Source: an uncultured Nitrospiraceae bacterium (lineage in GTDB: Bacteria > Nitrospirota > Nitrospiria > Nitrospirales > UBA8639). From it: a DNA stretch of 64,000 nt. Within the stretch, counting starts at the first letter, position 1. Each line of letters begins with the position of its first letter. The position numbers and the translations under genes are program-made. Below are positions 60,523 through 64,000 of the stretch, piece by piece. Where the stretch lies: contig CAZDCF010000005.1 of assembly GCA_964503895.1 (NCBI GenBank), positions 16,972-80,971 of the forward strand. Direction: 5' to 3'. The notes beneath the pieces are model-generated. The model was not told the origin of the DNA and did no database searches. It saw only the letters and a list, made by a program, of their open reading frames with translations.

Positions 60523-61410
60523 ATGAACCACAAAAACTACTTAATAACTGGCATTGCTATTTTTTTCGTACTGGTGATGGGAGGAGCTGGGATTACCTAC
60601 ATTTTTCTTACCCATCAACCAGCAGTTGCAACAAAACCACTTACAAAAATTCAACACCCACGTAAGAGTAACCAGTCTCCAGAGAAGATTCCCACTCCGG
60701 CTCATGCTCACGACACTACAAAAGATTCCTCAAGACATTCTCCGGACCTGGTAGAGAAAGTCGAGACGGAATCTGGAGCATCTCTTGTACATGCCTCAAC
60801 CATTTATGTGGAACCATCGACTACGCCAAACGTTACAAAGCAGGCTTTCGAGGTCGAAAAGAGAAAAGAAGAAAAATTAACCTTAGTTGACCTACAGTTT
60901 GGTTTAAGTCGAACGGGATTGAAAACCCAGACCAAGACCACCCTTGATGCTTATGCGAAAAGACTGCGGGACCCGCAATGGAGTGTACTGATTGAAGGAC
61001 ATACGGATGAGACTGGATCAATCCGGAAAAATCTGCATGTTGGATTACGACGCGCCAACGCGGTTAGGCAATATCTGATCACGAAGGGAATTTCCAAAGA
61101 CCGTCTGCATGCCGTAAGCCTTGGGGAATATCAGCCAGTATGCATGGATACAACTCCAGCGTGCCAGTTACAGAACCGTCGCGTGAGTTTTGCCTTAGCA
61201 CGACGGGAAGGCATTGAAAAACAAAACTCGGTTCCAGTGCCACAGGAGCCGGTAACACTTTCTAAAAAAAGCGCGATATCAATTGAACTGGTAAATCTCC
61301 CTGAAATCCACAAGAGCACGATTGATACCCCGGGTAAAGTAAACCTGATATATCCTGACCCTGTTCATAATACTCCACCTCCCTCTATACCAGTTGAGGG
61401 TGACAACTGA
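60523..61410 (+). CDS. Inner-membrane-anchored OmpA-like peptidoglycan-binding protein
   Basis: N-terminal TM; IEGHTDETG..N..GLRRANAVRQYL..G...LGEYQP...NRRV. Confidence 0.88.
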   Translation: MNHKNYLITGIAIFFVLVMGGAGITYIFLTHQPAVATKPLTKIQHPRKSNQSPEKIPTPAHAHDTTKDSSRHSPDLVEKVETESGASLVHASTIYVEPSTTPNVTKQAFEVEKRKEEKLTLVDLQFGLSRTGLKTQTKTTLDAYAKRLRDPQWSVLIEGHTDETGSIRKNLHVGLRRANAVRQYLITKGISKDRLHAVSLGEYQPVCMDTTPACQLQNRRVSFALARREGIEKQNSVPVPQEPVTLSKKSAISIELVNLPEIHKSTIDTPGKVNLIYPDPVHNTPPPSIPVEGDN

Positions 61411-61454
61411 GAGAGATTTGACAACATACAAGGGGCGTTGATTTGAGGATTAAA

Positions 61455-61910
61455 TCAACACCCCTTGTAGTTTTTCTGCGCACATGCCCTTGCAAGTTGC
61501 TGCGCTTCTTTTAGCTGCGACTGCGTCATGGACTTTGAAAACTTATTTCTAGCTTTAACAGAAGTCTTATTGCCCAGAAAGGCGGCAATATTCCACCACA
61601 TATGAGCATACACTCTATCTTGCTTAACCCCTTTGCCATCATAATACATCTTGCCTAGCGAAGTTTGTGCGACTGTATCACCTTGTTCCGCACTAAGACG
61701 GAACCACTTTGCTGCTTCTTTATAATCTTGCGCCACTTCGCTACCCTTGTAATATTTAATACCCAGTAAGCGCTGCGAATCTACATCACCTTGTGCTGCT
61801 GCAGTTTTCAAATAATTGAGTCCATAGCTTTGACCTGTTGTTGCGCACCCCACTATGGTCGCACACAACACCACGCTCACGAGGACAAAATAGAATCGGC
61901 TAGTTAACAT
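61455..61910 (-). CDS. Sel1-repeat lipoprotein
   Basis: ORF track to 61994; ATG 61910 gives lipobox IVGC; two Sel1 repeats (QDYKEAAKWFRLSAEQG). Confidence 0.85.
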   Translation of the reverse strand: MLTSRFYFVLVSVVLCATIVGCATTGQSYGLNYLKTAAAQGDVDSQRLLGIKYYKGSEVAQDYKEAAKWFRLSAEQGDTVAQTSLGKMYYDGKGVKQDRVYAHMWWNIAAFLGNKTSVKARNKFSKSMTQSQLKEAQQLARACAQKNYKGC

Positions 61911-62026
61911 CGGAAAATCTCCCACAATATTTCGTGCCTCTATTTTTAAAAATTCAAAAGAGTAAATGGACAACCTGATAACTTTAGTAAGCATTGCGAT
62001 AATCTAGAGAATTCTTAAGGTAAAAT

Positions 62027-62425
62027 TCATTTTACTATTAATGTGCCCTTCATTCCTCTTTCAATATGGCGAGGCTTTCCACAGACAATATCATAGGTTC
62101 CTGCTTTAAGTGGAGTAATAAATATTTACTTTTTTTCTATTGTAGGGCCGGCTTCAATCTCCCAAAAAACTTTTGCTTCATCATCCGCATCAAACGGCAG
62201 GGTCACCTTTGTTCCTAACTTAAGTAAAACCCACTCATGTTCTTGTTTGCTATGATTGCTGAGTAGAAACGAAGTTGCTTCGCCTGGCTTAACAGACCAG
62301 ACATTTGGAATAAATTGAAAATCTATGGTTATAACTTCGATCACCGATCGAGAGTTTTCACCGTAAGCAAAAGAAAAAAATGGAAATATGCAGAATCCTA
62401 AAGCTAGCCAAATGTGTTTAATCAT
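62027..62425 (-). pseudogene. Exported cupredoxin (type-1 copper protein) interrupted by an in-frame TAA
   Basis: MIKHIW...EHEW...IEKK, TAA at 62126-62128, same frame continues IFITPLKAGTYDIVCGKPRHIERGMKGTLIVK* with C/H/M ligands. Confidence 0.85.
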
Positions 62426-62430
62426 ATGAT

Positions 62431-63051
62431 TTACCAACTGTCCTTTATGCCATCGATAACAAATTGACAAGCGAGAGAAGCCAGAATAATTCCCATTACA
62501 CGTGTCACTACGTTAATACCAGTAATCCCTAAAAAACGCTGCACCTTAGTAGCACCAATGAAGAGAAGCAGCGTGAATGCCAAAACGCAAAGCAGGGCAC
62601 CGATAACAAGAATCTGTTGAGTCAAATCACTCCCAGTTTGCCCCATGAGCAAAATAATTGAGGTTATTGCACCAGGCCCAGCAATCAGAGGGATTGCCAG
62701 GGGAAACACAGCAATATTATGTTGAATGCCAGCCTCCTCCATCTCTGCATGAACTGCTGAACGCAGCCCTGACTCACGGACTAGAAGCATATCGATAGCT
62801 ACTAGAAAGAGAAGAATTCCCCCGGCAATCCTCAAGGCAGGAAATCCTATGCCCAAAATGTTGAGAAACTTTTCTCCTCCAACAGCAAATGCCACCAGAA
62901 TACCAGTTGCAATCAGGGTTGCCCTGAATGCTATTTGGGATCTTTGAGTATCTGCATAGTTGAGGGTAGCGGCCAGGAAGAGAGGAACAAGACCGATTGG
63001 ATCGACTGTCACTGCAAAGATTACGAAAGATTGCCAGAAGAAATCAACCAT
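62431..63051 (-). CDS. MarC family membrane protein
   Basis: VDPIGLVP.F, IAGGILLF..A..ML, IAVFPLAIPLIAGPGAI, TRVMGIILA. Confidence 0.93.
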   Translation of the reverse strand: MVDFFWQSFVIFAVTVDPIGLVPLFLAATLNYADTQRSQIAFRATLIATGILVAFAVGGEKFLNILGIGFPALRIAGGILLFLVAIDMLLVRESGLRSAVHAEMEEAGIQHNIAVFPLAIPLIAGPGAITSIILLMGQTGSDLTQQILVIGALLCVLAFTLLLFIGATKVQRFLGITGINVVTRVMGIILASLACQFVIDGIKDSW

Positions 63052-63216
63052 ACCATTATCTATCTTTTTTCACCTTGCTTAGCCGCTCCCGTTCTTGAAA
63101 TATAACCCCTAGAAACTATTCTAGATTCTAAATGGGTAGGTACAGGCGCGGATTCTCCCCTAAGAAGAAGCTTGCAGAATAATTTTCACGGTGGGCATTA
63201 ATTAATACTTAAAAAA

Positions 63217-63657
63217 TTATGGCCTAGGTCCACACATGAGCACCTTTCTCCGATTGGCGTGCTTAATGTCCACCACAGAGAAATCTGGTGGCGGGAAACA
63301 ATACCTTATTGCAAGACCATTTTTAATAAGTACTGTGTAATTTTTAAAACCTCCATGAGAATTAGATAACTTTTTATAGCTTACACTTCCAGTTTGTAAA
63401 TATCCAAATTCTATTGGTAGTCCTGGTACTTCTAGATAACCCGTAGAACATGAGCTGTGTTTAAAGAATGCCTTAATGTTGGGCTTCAATATTGCTTTGA
63501 TTTGATTTTCAGTGATTCTTTGGCATTGCTCAGGACCCTGAAGGCTTCCATAATCAGCATTAGTAAGTTGTTCTTCCGATGGGCCAGTTCCACTACCAGT
63601 CACACATCCAATTAAAAAAAATAGAAAAATGAAATAAGTACTTTTAAAAATCTTCAT
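63217..63657 (-). CDS. Hypothetical lipoprotein
   Basis: Lipobox LIGC; four further Cys. Confidence 0.7.
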   Translation of the reverse strand: MKIFKSTYFIFLFFLIGCVTGSGTGPSEEQLTNADYGSLQGPEQCQRITENQIKAILKPNIKAFFKHSSCSTGYLEVPGLPIEFGYLQTGSVSYKKLSNSHGGFKNYTVLIKNGLAIRYCFPPPDFSVVDIKHANRRKVLMCGPRP

Positions 63658-63712
63658 ATTTTCTAACTACTCTCTTTTTCAAGAAACATATACAAAAGAG
63701 ACCCTACGACAC

Positions 63713-63987
63713 TTATAACCCATTCTTAGGGGTGACCTTCCCGATAATGTTTCCCTTTATATCCCACTCGGTACGCAGGCCTCTAGCTTACCATCTTTAC
63801 AAGTAACTTCAACCCTCTTCTGTCCATTACTACACCAATCCGTCCATAAACCGTCTGGCTTCCCATTTTTGTAGTTTTGTTCATTCCGCATCTCTACATT
63901 GGAGTACCACTCCGCCACAGGACTATTTAGTAGTTCCTTGTGAAGGAAAAGAAGAAAGATAAGGAGAGTGGAAAATAGAAAGGACAT
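63713..63987 (-). pseudogene. Degraded MORN-variant repeat (YwqK-like) gene fragment
   Basis: EWYSN...NYKNGKPDGLWTDWCSNGQKR..TCKDGKLE; restoring one G near 63780 continues GLRTEWDIKGNIIGKVTPKNGL*. Confidence 0.65.
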
Positions 63988-64000
63988 CTACAAATCGACA

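Overview
Bacterial chromosomal window, mostly housekeeping genes. The protein set and gene neighbourhoods resemble Nitrospirota/Nitrospirales, which is my recollection and not a database result. No rRNA, CRISPR array, transposase or integrase was seen. There is one tRNA (Leu-TAA, minus strand). Core loci: metH, mutY-mutT, clpS, proC, acs, ribE, gatC-panD-gatA-DUF948-ytxH-gatB, eno-ftsB-era-mgtE-recO-DUF971, rsmD-coaD-aspC and skp. An accessory-looking, partly decaying region runs from about 53.4 kb to the end. Four candidate undescribed systems stand out. (1) A His-rich membrane leader peptide ending in RGPP, a ribosome-arrest-type motif, sits upstream of a probable TonB-dependent receptor missed by the ORF track. 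(2) A Ski2/HelY-type helicase is split into two genes in reversed order, with the C-terminal half first. (3) A membrane-anchored sigma54 activator has a LysM domain inserted in a CHASE2 sensor. It is followed by paired palindromic enhancer-like sites, a -24/-12 promoter and an ORF-HEAT-OmpA operon. (4) A metH-adjacent block holds two tandem B12-binding radical SAM paralogues, a third radical SAM enzyme, an HPH-variant J-domain protein, a PhzF-like isomerase and an oxidoreductase. Three small ORFs and two pseudogenes not resolved by the ORF track are also reported.
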